DNA from: Verrucomicrobia bacterium UBA3624
GTDB lineage: Bacteria > Verrucomicrobiota > Kiritimatiellia > RFP12 > UBA1067
Direction of reading: 5' to 3'
DNA length: 64,000 nt
Assembly (NCBI GenBank): GCA_002373695.1
Contig: DFLH01000050.1
Span: 1-64,000 of the forward strand
The notes beneath the pieces were generated by a model, which was not told the origin of the DNA, did not search any database, and saw only the letters and a list, made by a program, of their open reading frames with translations. Every line of letters starts with the position of its first letter. Position 1 is the first letter of the stretch. Below are positions 38,657-48,442 of this stretch, in pieces. Both the position numbers and the translations under genes were made by a program.

Positions 38657-41600
38657 TCATCTAAACGTAATTACGCAACCGCCGGCATCCGATTTCAGCA
38701 CGCGCAGAACTCCCGTTCCTGCGCCGAAGTGTGCGGCGTAAAGCTTGCTTGCCGCACCGTCTGCGCCACAGTATGCTCCCGAAGGAGCCTCCTTCCCGTC
38801 CACACACAGCTTCTGCACCGTGACGGTAGCCCCGGAAGGCAGGTTGAGCACACCGCTACCGGACAGGAACATCTTCGTACGCGTCGTGTTTCCGCCAAAC
38901 GCACCGGATGCCGCGCCCTGCGTCACTTCCAGCGCACCGCCCGCCACCGTTACCGTATTCGATCCACCCCATACGTAACCGCTGTCCAGTCGCAGGACGC
39001 CGTTTGATATGCAGAGGTCGCCCGTCGTTGTGCTCACCGCGTTCGAAAACGCCGTTATGGCGCCAGAGGCGTCGAGCGTGAACCCAGCCGCGCCAAGGAA
39101 CTTGGCCATGAGATTCTCGTTCGTCTGCACGCCAACGGCCACTACGCTGGCCGGCACGTCGCTCGTGACATGTGCGTATCCGACGCCATCGATTCGGCCG
39201 GATATCGCCATTCCCTGCACATGCTGACAATGACCGTTCAGATCCAGCACGCCATATGACATCCCGAACGGAGAGCGATTGCCGGAGGGATTGTCTTTCT
39301 GTCCGAAAGCCAGCGTGGCATTTGGATTCATCACATCGTCCGCAAGGCATTCCAGAAATGTTCGAGCAATGCGGATCAGCAAATAGCGATTCGCGCTGCC
39401 CGTTCCGCCGAGGGCGAATGCGCCAACCTGGTCTACGGTCGCCGTGGCGAACCGTGCCGAAATCGGTTCCCCCGCGATCATGACCGTCTTTCCGCGCGTC
39501 ATGGAACGGATCCAGAAACTGTTGCCGATCGCCGCCGGTTCCGTTATGCCGCCCAGAAGCTCGCCCTCGTCGCCGAACGCGATGTAGCAAGTCCGCGCCA
39601 CCGTGTTGGCGAACGTGACGAGTCCTCTCTGGACAAGCGGCGTCCCGCTGGCGCTGATGTGGTCGTAGTCGTTGTTGTAGGTGCTGTCGTAAACGGTCAG
39701 GGGAACGTCGTTCGTGAGCGCCTTGCCGCCATAGAAGTAGGGAAGCACGCGACAGGTCACGGAACGTGTCGGCGAACCGAGCCCCTTGCCGTTCGTCGTG
39801 CGCACGCTGAAGCGGTCTTTGAAGTCGAACTGCGGCAGGAACGCCGAGTTGTCGGCAAGGAGATGCAACTGCCCGTTGCCTCGCCCTGTGAGCGCGTTCG
39901 CAGCGGTGAGCGGCGGCGCGGCCTTGAGTTCGGAAGAGAGCGTAAGCGTGTCGCCCGCCGGCACGGTCCACGTCTGATCCGTCAGCATCCTCAGCGAGGG
40001 GGCTACCGTCACCGCGAACGCATCTGACGACGCGGAGTTCGTCACCGTCACGCCGCCGTACAACACGTCGATCCGCGCGCCCGAATCGCCCGTGAGCGCG
40101 AATGTCCCCGCACCGTCGAACTTGAGCGCATACGCCTTGATCGCGCCGCTGACATTGGCCGTGCCGTTGTTCTCCTTGAACACGATCGTCTCGGTGCCGC
40201 CGAACGTCGGCGCCTTGCCGCCCTGCCAGTTGGCGCCGGTTGACAGTGACGTGTCCGTGCCGCCTGTCCAGACGTATATGGGCGAGTCGTCGATCGGCTC
40301 CATTTCGGAGACGACCCTCAACGTGCCGCCACCGGAAAGGATGCCCGCGAACGGGCCGGGATCCGCCGCCGTGTACGTGTCGGCGGCCGCAAAACCCCCG
40401 TTCACGCGGGCCGTCGCTACGACCAGCTCCACATCGTCGGCCAAAGCAAGCGTACCGCCAGCGGATGTCACGGCGAGTCGGACGGCCGTGTTCACAAACG
40501 CGCCCTTCGCCACGGAAAGCGTGCCGCCGTCGAGGATCATGCGTCCCAGCGCCGTGAACGCCGCACCCTTGCCGATGGCTATCGTCCCCGCCTTCGCCGT
40601 TAGAGATCCCGTGGTTGTGGAGGGATAGGACGGATTGTTCGTAAGCGTAAGCGTGTTTCCGGCGGAGTCGAACGTGAACGAGACCGCGCCGGAGAAATAG
40701 CCGCCATAGCGGTTGCTGTCCGCAACACCCGTCATCGTCAGCGTGGCGTCGGATGCGGAATGTATGCGGGCGCGGCCATCGGTAGACGTGTCCTGCAGAT
40801 TGCCGATCGTCTGGTCGAGTCCGTTCAGGTCGATTGTCGGCGTTGCGCCGTTGGGGCGAACTTTGGCCCCATTCAACGCGTTGACGGCGGTGAACACCAG
40901 GCTTCCCCCTCCGGAAGGACGGAATTCTGCGAGATCGGAGGGGGTGATCGTCCTGCCGACATACAGATTTCCGCTGTCGCACATGATCCATCTAGAGGCC
41001 ACGGTAGATGCCGTTCCGTCAAGATAGACGGCTCCAGTACAATCTAGGAAGCCGCTCTTGACCGTCACATCGCCGGTAAACACGAGTCTTTTGTTCGCAT
41101 CGCCGGCGAATCGGTTGCAGTAGTTGTCGCCTCGTGGCGAATACAGGATGAAGTCGCCGCGGTTCGTGATGTTGGCGCTCGTCTGGTAGGAAAAGTATGG
41201 GTTTGATGCGCTCACCTGGTACAGGGTCACCGGATTGTCGTAGATGCCGCCGGCATTGACAAACAAGATCTTGTTCTGCGTCGTGACATAATGCGTCACA
41301 GGACAGGACACGCCGAAAGCGCGATTGTTTCGGACGTCGACGATCGTGTTGGATGTGAAGAACGACCCCGTGTAGTCGCTGTTGTCTCCGTGGAGCGCGA
41401 TCTTCGAGATGCTCAAGGCGCGGAACGCTCCGCTGCCCGACAGGGAGAACGTCGCCGGCAAGGTCACCTCTGCAGCAAAATCGGCGATTTCCAGCGTCCC
41501 GTCCAGATCCGCACCGTCAAGCGATTCCAGCAAGGACGCGTCCGCCGCCGTCCCGACCTTTACTGTCGCATCGGATGGAATCGAAACCCGGCAGCCTGCG

Positions 41601-41752
41601 GACGGCGCCACGCCATCCTGCCAGTTGGCTGGCTGTCCAAACGTCATGCCATCACCCGCACCTGTCCAGCTACGTGTGTCTGCGTACGCCACAATCGACA
41701 TTACACATGCACACGCGAAAAGTGCCACTACGCCCCCCCCCGGAGAAAACAT
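38657..41752 (-). CDS. Giant secreted beta-helix/PATR (autotransporter-associated beta-strand repeat)-like protein
   Basis: 1031 aa. The signal peptide is MFSPGGGVVALFACACVMSIVAYA. The protein is Gly/Thr/Ser/Asn-rich with repetitive beta-strand modules (GGTLxV, TLTxxGN). It is 21 nt downstream of the previous giant gene and 28 nt upstream of GH29. Confidence 0.6.
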   Translation of the reverse strand: MFSPGGGVVALFACACVMSIVAYADTRSWTGAGDGMTFGQPANWQDGVAPSAGCRVSIPSDATVKVGTAADASLLESLDGADLDGTLEIADFAAEVTLPATFSLSGSGAFRALSISKIALHGDNSDYTGSFFTSNTIVDVRNNRAFGVSCPVTHYVTTQNKILFVNAGGIYDNPVTLYQVSASNPYFSYQTSANITNRGDFILYSPRGDNYCNRFAGDANKRLVFTGDVTVKSGFLDCTGAVYLDGTASTVASRWIMCDSGNLYVGRTITPSDLAEFRPSGGGSLVFTAVNALNGAKVRPNGATPTIDLNGLDQTIGNLQDTSTDGRARIHSASDATLTMTGVADSNRYGGYFSGAVSFTFDSAGNTLTLTNNPSYPSTTTGSLTAKAGTIAIGKGAAFTALGRMILDGGTLSVAKGAFVNTAVRLAVTSAGGTLALADDVELVVATARVNGGFAAADTYTAADPGPFAGILSGGGTLRVVSEMEPIDDSPIYVWTGGTDTSLSTGANWQGGKAPTFGGTETIVFKENNGTANVSGAIKAYALKFDGAGTFALTGDSGARIDVLYGGVTVTNSASSDAFAVTVAPSLRMLTDQTWTVPAGDTLTLSSELKAAPPLTAANALTGRGNGQLHLLADNSAFLPQFDFKDRFSVRTTNGKGLGSPTRSVTCRVLPYFYGGKALTNDVPLTVYDSTYNNDYDHISASGTPLVQRGLVTFANTVARTCYIAFGDEGELLGGITEPAAIGNSFWIRSMTRGKTVMIAGEPISARFATATVDQVGAFALGGTGSANRYLLIRIARTFLECLADDVMNPNATLAFGQKDNPSGNRSPFGMSYGVLDLNGHCQHVQGMAISGRIDGVGYAHVTSDVPASVVAVGVQTNENLMAKFLGAAGFTLDASGAITAFSNAVSTTTGDLCISNGVLRLDSGYVWGGSNTVTVAGGALEVTQGAASGAFGGNTTRTKMFLSGSGVLNLPSGATVTVQKLCVDGKEAPSGAYCGADGAASKLYAAHFGAGTGVLRVLKSDAGGCVITFR
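41733..41741 (-). repeat. Homopolymeric G9 (C9 on the plus strand) inside codons 4-7 (CCG GGG GGG GGC) of the 38657..41752 gene
   Basis: Consistent with both overlapping track ORFs: ...HYAPPRRKH on the plus strand, MFSPGGGVV on the minus strand. Confidence 0.8.
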
Positions 41753-41773
41753 TAGTTTTCTTGGTCAATTTGT

Positions 41774-44617
41774 TCATCTTGCGTCTTCCTTTCTGATTTG
41801 ATTCCCGTAACTGGTATTGAAATCCAAACGTGCCGTTCGACCGCCAGTATACAATCCGGCACGTGAAAAGTCAAACGGCCTGAAACCAATCTTCGTGGCG
41901 ACGGAAGTGTCGCGAAAACGAAAATCGCGGCGGGGGGCGTCAACGAAAAGCGGATCGGCGTAAAGGCCGTCCACGTCCCTTCCCTTCGCCTGCCATTCCG
42001 TAAATGTCTTTCCGTTGAATACGTCCGGACTGCCGTCAATGCGCCACCAGATGTTGCGCCGCCAATCGACGATGGCTTTCTCGCTCTTTGTACCCCGGTA
42101 CTTTGCGAACGCGTCTCCTGCGTCCCACACCACGATATTGCCCTCGAAGACCCATGAACGGTGGGGTTCCGGGCGCGTAATCGCCACCTGCCCCTCGCGG
42201 GAGAAGGCGAAGATGTTGTTGCGCACGACGTTGTCGCGTCCGAAATGCTGGTGGATGCCACCGTCCTTCGTGTCGAACACGAGATTGTCCTCGTACGTCA
42301 CGCCTTCAGTGCCTTCGTCCGGGTAGAGCCCCCAGCCGCCGTACACCATCCCGTCAACGCCGTGGATGACATTGCGCGCGACGACGTTGCCGAATCCGCT
42401 GCCGGCCATATAGACACCAGCCATGTCCGACAGATCGCCGTGTCCGACGTTGGAGATGTGGTTGAACGCCACGAGGCACCGCTGGCATGGCGAGCCGCGG
42501 TAGCCGAAGTCCCAGTTGCAGGTGATGGCCGTGTAGTGGAGATCGTCTATCCGGTTGTGGACGATGCGGCAGTCGCTCGCAGCCGCCACCACGATCGCCC
42601 CCGCGCCCGGCATGTAGCGTCCGCCACGCTCCACAAGGCAGTTCTCCACAGCGATGAACGCGGTGGAATGCGGCACGTACGCCCGGAACGGATACGGATA
42701 CGGTCCCGACACCTCCAGCTCGTCCTCAAGCCCCTTTACGGCAAGGATGCCGCCGTTCACCCCCACGCGCACCGCGCCGCCGCCGAGGTCGCGGAACGCG
42801 CAGTTGACGACGGCGTTGGACATGCATCCCTCGCGGAACCACACGCCGTACGCACCGCCGGTCTGCTCCCATCTGCAGCCGTCGAAGACGACGTTGCGCA
42901 CACCGTCGGCCAGAACCATCCCACGTGCCACGGCACCGAGCATCAGCGAGTCCTGCACGTCTGCCGGACCTTTCGCGGCAAGCGTGGAACCATGCCGGAA
43001 CTCGATGTTCTCGAAGCGCATGTTGCCTGCGTACTCCTCGGCATCTATATCGCCGACCATGCGCAGAAACACGTCTACGCCATCGCAAGGGACAGATCCC
43101 TCCACGCCATCCATCGTCTCCCCGATGCCTGGCACGTACGCGATCTCGCCCGCCTCACGGTCGTAGAACCATTCGCCGGGAATCTTCAGCTCCGCACGCA
43201 TGTTCTCGAAACGAAGCGGACATTCGTCCGCCTTGTAGCGGTTCCACGGCGGCCAGCGCCTGCCGCGGATCGTCACGGTGTGCGCAGCATGGTCGATCCG
43301 CACGATGAAATGGCGCGACGAATTCCATTTCGAGTGCAGGCGCACTTGCGCGAACGGCAGATCGTCCGCCGGAATCGCCGCGATGTGCGCGAAATCGTCC
43401 GACCGGAGGAAGAGCGTGTGCTCGGCCGGCACGGAATAGTCGCGCTCGGCATAATCACTTGCCAATATCTTTTCCGTGATGTTCGTGGCGTGGATGAAAC
43501 GTCCGTCCGCCGGGAATGCCGCGTTCGCGCGGCGCGTGCCGTTCGCGAAGAATTCAGCCGCCCACATCGGGCGACCGTCGGATTCTTTCGGCACGGATGC
43601 GCGCCACGTACCCCCTTCCGCCTTTCGCCACGGCCCGAGCGGCGCCGCGCCGGAGAACACGGCGCCGCGTCCCCGACCTCGCCATGTCACCGGGGCCGAC
43701 GGAGTGCCGGAGTCTACGAGCGAGAGCGTCACGGTCTCCGTCACGGGATATACGCCTTCCGCCAGCGACACGACGAGCGGGCGCCCCGGATGGGCGGCCA
43801 GCGCGGCGCGTACCGCATCGCGGATTTGCGCAAGCGGCGTGGCGGCGGCGATCTCGAGCGTCGCCGTGCCGCCCTCTCCCACGACCGCACGGCTGGGCGG
43901 GAGGCCATCGGGCGCCTTGCGCACGACCTCCGGCGATGGGACTGGCACCATCTGCACATTGCGTACGACGAGCCGGCGTCCGCTGCGGGAGACCCTGCTC
44001 CGCGTACGCCAGTCCGGCGGCAGCAGTCGCACGGCCTCGGCGATCGTCTCGGGACTTTCCGAGACGGCCACGAGCAACCGCCACTTGCCCAACGTGCCGG
44101 GCGTCAGCAGACGCGCGACCCCTGCGGCAAGACCGTCCTCACCGTTGAACGAAAACCCGTCAGCCACCTGGATGCGTCCGCCCGCGTCATCGGCGAAGAG
44201 GGCCTCGCCCACGCCGCTGAAACTGAACGGGCCGGCTAGCGTCACGTTGCCGTTGACGTCAAGGCGCGAACCGGTCTCGATCGCGCCGCACTGGACGAAC
44301 GGCGCTTTCCCGACGTTCGCGATGCGCGCGCAGTGTCCGCCTTTCATCGCCGGCACGACGATGCGCCCCTTGTTCACGACGGACGAGCCGTTCGTGGACG
44401 TCGCGCACGATTCAAATGCATACCACATCGGCCCCTTCGCGGGCGGCAGCACCGTTACGTCGCGCGAATACGTCCCCGTCTCCGTAAATCGATACACGCA
44501 ATCCGCGCCTGCGGTCATCTTGCAGAACGTCACCGGGCCGCCGCCAGGCAAGGCGACCATGTCCGCCGCGCAAGCGGACGCAACGGCCGCAATCACGTTT
44601 GAAAGGATTTTCCTCAT
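41774..44617 (-). CDS. Secreted right-handed parallel beta-helix (PbH1 repeat) protein, probable polysaccharide lyase/hydrolase or adhesin
   Basis: ATG at 44617 (MRKILSNVIAAVASACA signal). PbH1-like repeats are NVVFDGCRWEQTGGAYGVWF...NAVVNCAFRDLGGGAVRV...NNIFAFSREGQVAI. The first 102 aa of the track ORF are a spurious extension. Confidence 0.65.
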   Translation of the reverse strand: MRKILSNVIAAVASACAADMVALPGGGPVTFCKMTAGADCVYRFTETGTYSRDVTVLPPAKGPMWYAFESCATSTNGSSVVNKGRIVVPAMKGGHCARIANVGKAPFVQCGAIETGSRLDVNGNVTLAGPFSFSGVGEALFADDAGGRIQVADGFSFNGEDGLAAGVARLLTPGTLGKWRLLVAVSESPETIAEAVRLLPPDWRTRSRVSRSGRRLVVRNVQMVPVPSPEVVRKAPDGLPPSRAVVGEGGTATLEIAAATPLAQIRDAVRAALAAHPGRPLVVSLAEGVYPVTETVTLSLVDSGTPSAPVTWRGRGRGAVFSGAAPLGPWRKAEGGTWRASVPKESDGRPMWAAEFFANGTRRANAAFPADGRFIHATNITEKILASDYAERDYSVPAEHTLFLRSDDFAHIAAIPADDLPFAQVRLHSKWNSSRHFIVRIDHAAHTVTIRGRRWPPWNRYKADECPLRFENMRAELKIPGEWFYDREAGEIAYVPGIGETMDGVEGSVPCDGVDVFLRMVGDIDAEEYAGNMRFENIEFRHGSTLAAKGPADVQDSLMLGAVARGMVLADGVRNVVFDGCRWEQTGGAYGVWFREGCMSNAVVNCAFRDLGGGAVRVGVNGGILAVKGLEDELEVSGPYPYPFRAYVPHSTAFIAVENCLVERGGRYMPGAGAIVVAAASDCRIVHNRIDDLHYTAITCNWDFGYRGSPCQRCLVAFNHISNVGHGDLSDMAGVYMAGSGFGNVVARNVIHGVDGMVYGGWGLYPDEGTEGVTYEDNLVFDTKDGGIHQHFGRDNVVRNNIFAFSREGQVAITRPEPHRSWVFEGNIVVWDAGDAFAKYRGTKSEKAIVDWRRNIWWRIDGSPDVFNGKTFTEWQAKGRDVDGLYADPLFVDAPRRDFRFRDTSVATKIGFRPFDFSRAGLYTGGRTARLDFNTSYGNQIRKEDAR

Positions 44618-44759
44618 GTCTTCTGCATCTCCATTTTGATACGTGTCTCCACTGTTTCGCCGGGCTCTATCCGGCGAAGGATCTGCGCTTTTATTGTAAC
44701 AAACAAAGCGCACGTTTACATTTATATATTTTGAAAAATCAATTACAAAATATGCATGG

Positions 44760-45944
44760 TCACGACCGCTGGCGAAGGCGGAATTCGGTGGGCGAGCATC
44801 CGACCGCCGCAGCGAAGGTAGCGCACAGGTATTGGACGCGGGAGAAGCCGGAGCGGGCGGCGACATCGGCCACGGACATGGATGTGGTGGCGAGAATGTG
44901 GCGTGCCGTGTCGATCCGCGCACGCATGATTTCCTTCTGGACGGTCGTCTTCAGGACGCTGCGGAAGGCGGCCTCCACGACCGTGTGCGACCGGCCGAGA
45001 TGGGTGAAGACGTCTGCGGCCGTAGTCCGCCGCACCACGTTTCGCCGGATGAACACGAGCGCGTCGGAGAGCCATTGCGGCTCGACCGGGTACACTTCCG
45101 TGGACGTGCGCACGGTCACGCCCTTGGGTTTCACGCGCACGTCCATCCGTTCGCGGCCCGGCTCGTCGAAGCGCGCCGCAAGCGTTTCCACGGCCATGCG
45201 ACCGAGCATGAAGGCATCTGGGTCCACGCTAGAGAGCATGGGCGTCGTGAACGCGCACACGAGCGCGTCATCGTCAACGCCCAGGATGGCGACGTCGCGG
45301 GGAACGTCTATGCCGCACGAACGGCATATGTTCAGAAGTTGCCATGCGCGGAGGTCGTGCGAGCAGAACACCGCTATCGGCTTTGGGAGGCGCTGGACCC
45401 ATGCCGCGAGCTGGCGCCCGTCGCTTCCTGGCGAGAGGCGTTCGTTGCGAATGACGACGTCTCCAAAACGGCGCAATGCGTACGACGGAGCCTTGTAGCA
45501 GCGGCATGGGAACCGGTTGTGGCGAAGCGTTCGCACGAATGCGTCGCGGCGCGCGTCGGAAAAACCAACGCCATCGAAGCCGCAGTAGGCGAACTGCGTG
45601 AACCGGCGTGTGATGAAATGGCGGGCCGCAAGCTGCGCAATGGCGATATTATCGGCATCGACCACATCGAAGGAAGAAGCGAATCGCCCGTTATAGACAT
45701 CCACTACGGGGCGCCCCGAATTCTCCAGCGCCTGCGCGACCGAGCGATCAAGGACGAGCGCGATAAAACCATCGAACCGTTTCAGGTCGCCAGCGCGGAA
45801 GCGTCCGCCGGGATCGAGCATCTGCAGTTCCCAGCCCTGCTGCTGCGCGGCGGACGCCACGCCCTCGCATACGCCACGTCCCCACGCCCGCGTACGTTCG
45901 ACCATGAGTCCCACGCGGCGAGGATTCGCATGCGGCGCAGTCAT
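44760..45944 (-). CDS. XylR-like regulator: periplasmic-binding-protein fold plus C-terminal AraC-type HTH
   Basis: N-terminal sugar-binding-like domain RVGLMVERTRAWGRGV...IAVFCSHD. The C-terminal part ADVAARSGFSRVQYLCATF...SPTEFR is an AraC HTH. Confidence 0.75.
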   Translation of the reverse strand: MTAPHANPRRVGLMVERTRAWGRGVCEGVASAAQQQGWELQMLDPGGRFRAGDLKRFDGFIALVLDRSVAQALENSGRPVVDVYNGRFASSFDVVDADNIAIAQLAARHFITRRFTQFAYCGFDGVGFSDARRDAFVRTLRHNRFPCRCYKAPSYALRRFGDVVIRNERLSPGSDGRQLAAWVQRLPKPIAVFCSHDLRAWQLLNICRSCGIDVPRDVAILGVDDDALVCAFTTPMLSSVDPDAFMLGRMAVETLAARFDEPGRERMDVRVKPKGVTVRTSTEVYPVEPQWLSDALVFIRRNVVRRTTAADVFTHLGRSHTVVEAAFRSVLKTTVQKEIMRARIDTARHILATTSMSVADVAARSGFSRVQYLCATFAAAVGCSPTEFRLRQRS

Positions 45945-45991
45945 GCGCTCGCCGGGATTGGCGGAGATCTTGTCAAGCACGGGCGGCATGG

Positions 45992-46291
45992 CTAGACCGG
46001 CCTTGCGCCGAAGAACCTGTCGAGGACAAGCGCTATCGCACCATCGCCCGTCACATTCGCCGCCGGGCCATACCCGTCAAGCGCGAGATAGCACGTCATC
46101 AGAAGCGCCGTCTGCTCCGGCGTGAATCCAAGTATGGATTCCAGCAGCCCTACGCTTGCCATGAGCACTCCACCCATCACGCCTGGCGCCGCGACCGCCG
46201 CTATCGCAATGACTATCTTCCAGAAAAGACCCAGACCTTTCTTGCCGCCCGCCGCGACGGCGGAGGACTGTTGCCTGTCATGTTCCGTCAT
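45992..46291 (-). pseudogene. C-terminal remnant (HP2-TM8) of a dicarboxylate/amino-acid:cation symporter (SDF/DAACS family); N-terminal ~330 aa absent
   Basis: IAAVAAPGVMGGVLMASVGLLESILGFTPEQTALLMTCYLALDGYGPAANVTGDGAIALVLDRF aligns with the conserved SIGAAGIPGAG...VGLP...ILGVDR...NVTGD C-terminus of GltP/DctA-like carriers. Only 58 nt separate it from the gspK stop. Confidence 0.5.
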
Positions 46292-46349
46292 ATGTCAAAC
46301 ACCTCTGTCGTTTCAGTTGATTATACCACAATCCGCTGCCCGTGCGACA

Positions 46350-47564
46350 TCACGGGTCCTCTTGCCAGCGTATGTATCGGATCCTGTCGTCCTGCACCAT
46401 CGCAACGGCCTTCACCGTATGGGTTATCCCGGCCGAAGCCCCGACTATCGTGATTTCGAAATAGGTCTCCGGCGCATAGATGAGATAGCTGGACGCCTCG
46501 TTGCCTATCTCATTCCCAGTCTTCTCCTGTATGCGGCTCTGGAGATCGCTGAAATCCCTGAAACTGCCGTAATCCTCGTCCTTGTAGAATTTCGTCTCCC
46601 TCGCTTCGGCCGCGCTCGGTTCTTTCCTGTAGTCGATTATGGCCTGCACGATCTCCTCGCCGTTGGCCGAGAACGAGCTGCTGGTGTCGAGATCGTCGGA
46701 AATGCCGGGAATCGCCATGAGGATTTCCTTGGACGCGGCGTTGACATTGACCTTCCCCGTTCCAATCACATCGAAATATCCGAGGATGGACTTGACCGCG
46801 ATCTGATCCTGTTCGCGGTCTTCGGGATTGATGACGCCGCCGGTCAGCACGGCCGGATGCTCGCGGAACCCTTTCACCATGGCCAGCTCCTTGAGATCGG
46901 AAATCTCCCCGTTTCGCGGCTTGCACGGCTCGAACTCCATCGTGCCGTCTTCGCTTTCGAGTTCCTCCTTGTAATACTCGTCTTCGCCGCCCTCGCCGCT
47001 TGGATAGTCGCCAAGGAGATCCTTGCTTACCGCATTGTCGGAATCGCGCCAGTCGTTCCACGAGCAGACCAGCTCGTTCCAGTATTCCTCCGGCACGTTG
47101 CAGACGGCAAGGATGTTTTCCCATATCTCAAGCCAGTTCTGGTTGCCGCCGGACCACAGCGTGTTGATGTTGAGCTTCGTCTCCTTGGCTTCGATACGGA
47201 CGCTGAACGTCCCCGAATCCGGATCGAGGGCATCGACGGATATTGCGCCGGTCTCGGCCACGGAACTGCTTTTGAGAGCCCTTTTCTCCTGTACCCACCT
47301 GTCTTTCTGGAACTCCTCCTCCATGTCGTCAAGAGTCTGGTCTTCGGGCGCTTCGCCCACGTTCTGGTAGTCCAGCAGGATCACTTCCGCAATAACCTTG
47401 CCGGCTTCGGTAAGGCTGTTGACGCGCACGCGATTGGTCGTATGCCTGTTGACGTTCGACTGCAATTTCGCCTCCGCGGCGAAATTGAGTACGATAAGCG
47501 ACAGTACCGCCACGACCCATATGACGGTCACGAGCGCGCTCCCTCGCCTATCTACTTTCATCAC
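46350..47564 (-). CDS. gspK: Type II secretion/pseudopilus protein GspK-like
   Basis: RGSALVTVIWVVAVLSLIVLNFA is the GspK N-terminal helix. NVNAASKEILMAIPGISDDL is the HhH motif of GspK. The GTG/ATG start overlaps the gspJ stop as GTGA. Confidence 0.7.
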   Translation of the reverse strand: MMKVDRRGSALVTVIWVVAVLSLIVLNFAAEAKLQSNVNRHTTNRVRVNSLTEAGKVIAEVILLDYQNVGEAPEDQTLDDMEEEFQKDRWVQEKRALKSSSVAETGAISVDALDPDSGTFSVRIEAKETKLNINTLWSGGNQNWLEIWENILAVCNVPEEYWNELVCSWNDWRDSDNAVSKDLLGDYPSGEGGEDEYYKEELESEDGTMEFEPCKPRNGEISDLKELAMVKGFREHPAVLTGGVINPEDREQDQIAVKSILGYFDVIGTGKVNVNAASKEILMAIPGISDDLDTSSSFSANGEEIVQAIIDYRKEPSAAEARETKFYKDEDYGSFRDFSDLQSRIQEKTGNEIGNEASSYLIYAPETYFEITIVGASAGITHTVKAVAMVQDDRIRYIRWQEDP

Positions 47565-48442
47565 ATCGGCCCTCCTCCGCCTGGCATGCCGCCAGCCCCC
47601 GCAGGACCGCGCCCGCCTCCCGGCGTGCCACGCGGAGCAGATCCACCGCCAGGAGGTGTTTCTCCGCCGGGAGAGGACTTCCCGCCTCTTCCGCGACCGG
47701 CTTCCGACTCTTTCTTCTCATCCTCGGACGAAACAGTTACCGGATTCTGCGAGATGTCCCAGAGGGGTATCTCCACCACGCGCATGACAGGTACTGGATC
47801 GCCTCGCTTCTCCGTCGGTTGCATCCAGAACGTCAACTTCACGCGATACGGAATCGAATTGGAGGCATCCCACACGTCCTCCCACTTCGGAGTTCCATCG
47901 CCTTCCACGCTGTCCGGCTTGGACTGCACCTTGCAGTCGAACCCCTGCACACCTTCGATCAGCGGATACGGTTCGAACTGCGTGTCGTCGTTGAAGTCGA
48001 TGTCCGTGTCATCGTCGTCCACCAGCAGGTCTAGGCGGCCTGCCTTCACCCACAGTCCGCCAGGGCCCTCGCGCCCTTCCTTCTGCACCCACAGGCGTAC
48101 CGTATGCGGAGTTTCCGAAAGCTGCGAACGGTTGCCCACGATCGACGTGCCAAGCTTGATCCACTGTATCATATCGCTGTCGCCTGGATCTTCGCCGTTG
48201 TCATACAGCTGGAAGCCGTATGCGTAGTCCTGCTTGCCGGTCGTCGGATAGTACGCGCTTCTCAGTCCGCTTACCACCTGGGTAAGCGCGTATTCCGCGT
48301 TTCGCATGGTGTCCGCAAGCGCCGCGGAACGCCGCCAGCATCTGATGGCCGTGTTGAAAGTTATGAAACATACCGTCATCATGATGGCCGTGATGATCAC
48401 CGCCATCAGCAGTTCTATCAACGTGAATCCCCGCCGTCTCAC
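47561..48442 (-). CDS. gspJ: Minor pseudopilin GspJ-like (prepilin-type N-terminal domain) with Gly/Pro-rich C-terminal tail
   Basis: GGAGG RBS, then GTG at 48442 reading (M)RRRGFTLIELLMAVIITAIMM. The C-terminal 45 aa is G/P-rich low complexity. GTGA overlap with the gspI stop. The longer upstream N-terminus in the track ORF is unlikely. Confidence 0.65.
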   Translation of the reverse strand: MRRRGFTLIELLMAVIITAIMMTVCFITFNTAIRCWRRSAALADTMRNAEYALTQVVSGLRSAYYPTTGKQDYAYGFQLYDNGEDPGDSDMIQWIKLGTSIVGNRSQLSETPHTVRLWVQKEGREGPGGLWVKAGRLDLLVDDDDTDIDFNDDTQFEPYPLIEGVQGFDCKVQSKPDSVEGDGTPKWEDVWDASNSIPYRVKLTFWMQPTEKRGDPVPVMRVVEIPLWDISQNPVTVSSEDEKKESEAGRGRGGKSSPGGETPPGGGSAPRGTPGGGRGPAGAGGMPGGGGPM

